This document shows, piece after piece, positions 63,346 through 64,000 of a stretch of DNA of 64,000 bases. Every line of letters starts with the position of its first letter. Within the stretch, counting starts at the first letter, position 1. Location of the stretch: NCBI RefSeq assembly GCF_963921235.1, contig NC_086106.1:24056001-24120000 (forward strand). The letters are read 5' to 3'. The notes under the pieces are model-generated. The model was not told where the DNA came from, did no database searches, and saw nothing but the letters and a program-made list of their open reading frames with translations. The translations under genes and the position numbers were made by a program. Source of the stretch: Mobula hypostoma. Taxonomy: Eukaryota.

Positions 63346-64000
63346 TTCAAAATCATTTCCCGCACATCTGCTCTCACCCCACCCTCTCCCCCCCCCACTA
63401 GGAATGGGGTTCCCCTGGTCCTCACCTACCACCCCACCAGCCTCCGGTTCTAACATATTATTCTCCGTAACTTCCGCCACCTCCAACGGGATCCCACCAC
63501 TAAACACATCTTTCCCGCCGACCCACACCCCCCGCTTTCCGCAAGGATCGCTCCATTCGTCCCCCCCTGCCCACTCATCTCCCTCCTGGCACTTATCCTT
63601 CTAAGTGGAACAAGCACTACACATGCCTTATACTTCCTCCCTTACCACCATTCAGGGCCCCAGAAAATCCTTCCAGGTGAAGCAGCACCTCACCTGTTAG
63701 TCGGTTGGGGTGATATACTGCGTCCGGTGCTCCCGATATGGCCTTCTATTTACTGGTGAGACCTGATGCAGACTGGGAGATCGTTTTGCTGAACACCTAC
63801 GCTCTGTCCACCAGAGAAAGCAGGATCTCCGAGTGCCCACACATCTTACTTCCACATCCCATTCCCATTCTGATACGTCTATCCACGGCCTCCTCCACTG
63901 TAAAGATGAAGCCACACTCAGGTTGGAGGAACAATACCTTACATTCCGTCTTGGTAGCCTCCAACCTGATCGCATGAACATTGACTTCTCAAACTTCCGC
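63346..64000 (+). mobile_element. Penelope-like element, C-terminal linker and GIY-YIG endonuclease (decayed)
   Basis: GVIYCVRCSRYGLLFTGET*..RFAEHLRSV..RLEEQYLTFRLGSLQPDRMNIDFSNFR; runs off the window. Confidence 0.88.

Noticed and set aside
1-64000. D, J or C segments, NAR-TCR or IgH-like V, tRNA-derived SINEs, RNA genes
   Set aside because: No RSS-flanked D, FGXG J, C1-domain exon or A/B-box pair found by eye on either strand; faint copies could have been missed.

Overview
Vertebrate non-coding-rich DNA, roughly three-quarters decayed transposons, containing part of a T-cell receptor alpha/delta V-gene array. The V-segment type and the CR1/L1/Penelope/Gypsy landscape suggest a cartilaginous fish, probably a ray; this is inference, not a database result. 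Two apparently functional V segments are present on the + strand (13170-14024 and 32885-33478), each with a 46-nt leader exon, intron, open V exon and 23-bp-spacer RSS. They lie in the two copies of an ~18-20 kb tandem duplication (11924-31644 / 31646-49101) whose junction can be read to the base. A frameshifted V pseudogene (56188-56770) sits in a second, 7.1-kb tandem duplication (51350-58469 / 58470 onward). There are also weaker V-like relics, including an inverted one with a 23-RSS. Mobile elements: a full-length Gmr1-type Gypsy with PR-IN-RT order carrying a nested hAT, a PNMA-gag Gypsy, a chromodomain (sushi-like) Gypsy in two copies, Penelope fragments (one with a hammerhead ribozyme motif), a class-III-ERV-like pol relic, and Rex1/Babar, L1, L2 and many CR1 fragments. 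No D, J or C segments, tRNA/rRNA genes or CRISPR arrays were found. Percent identities are by-eye estimates, and many TE boundaries are approximate.
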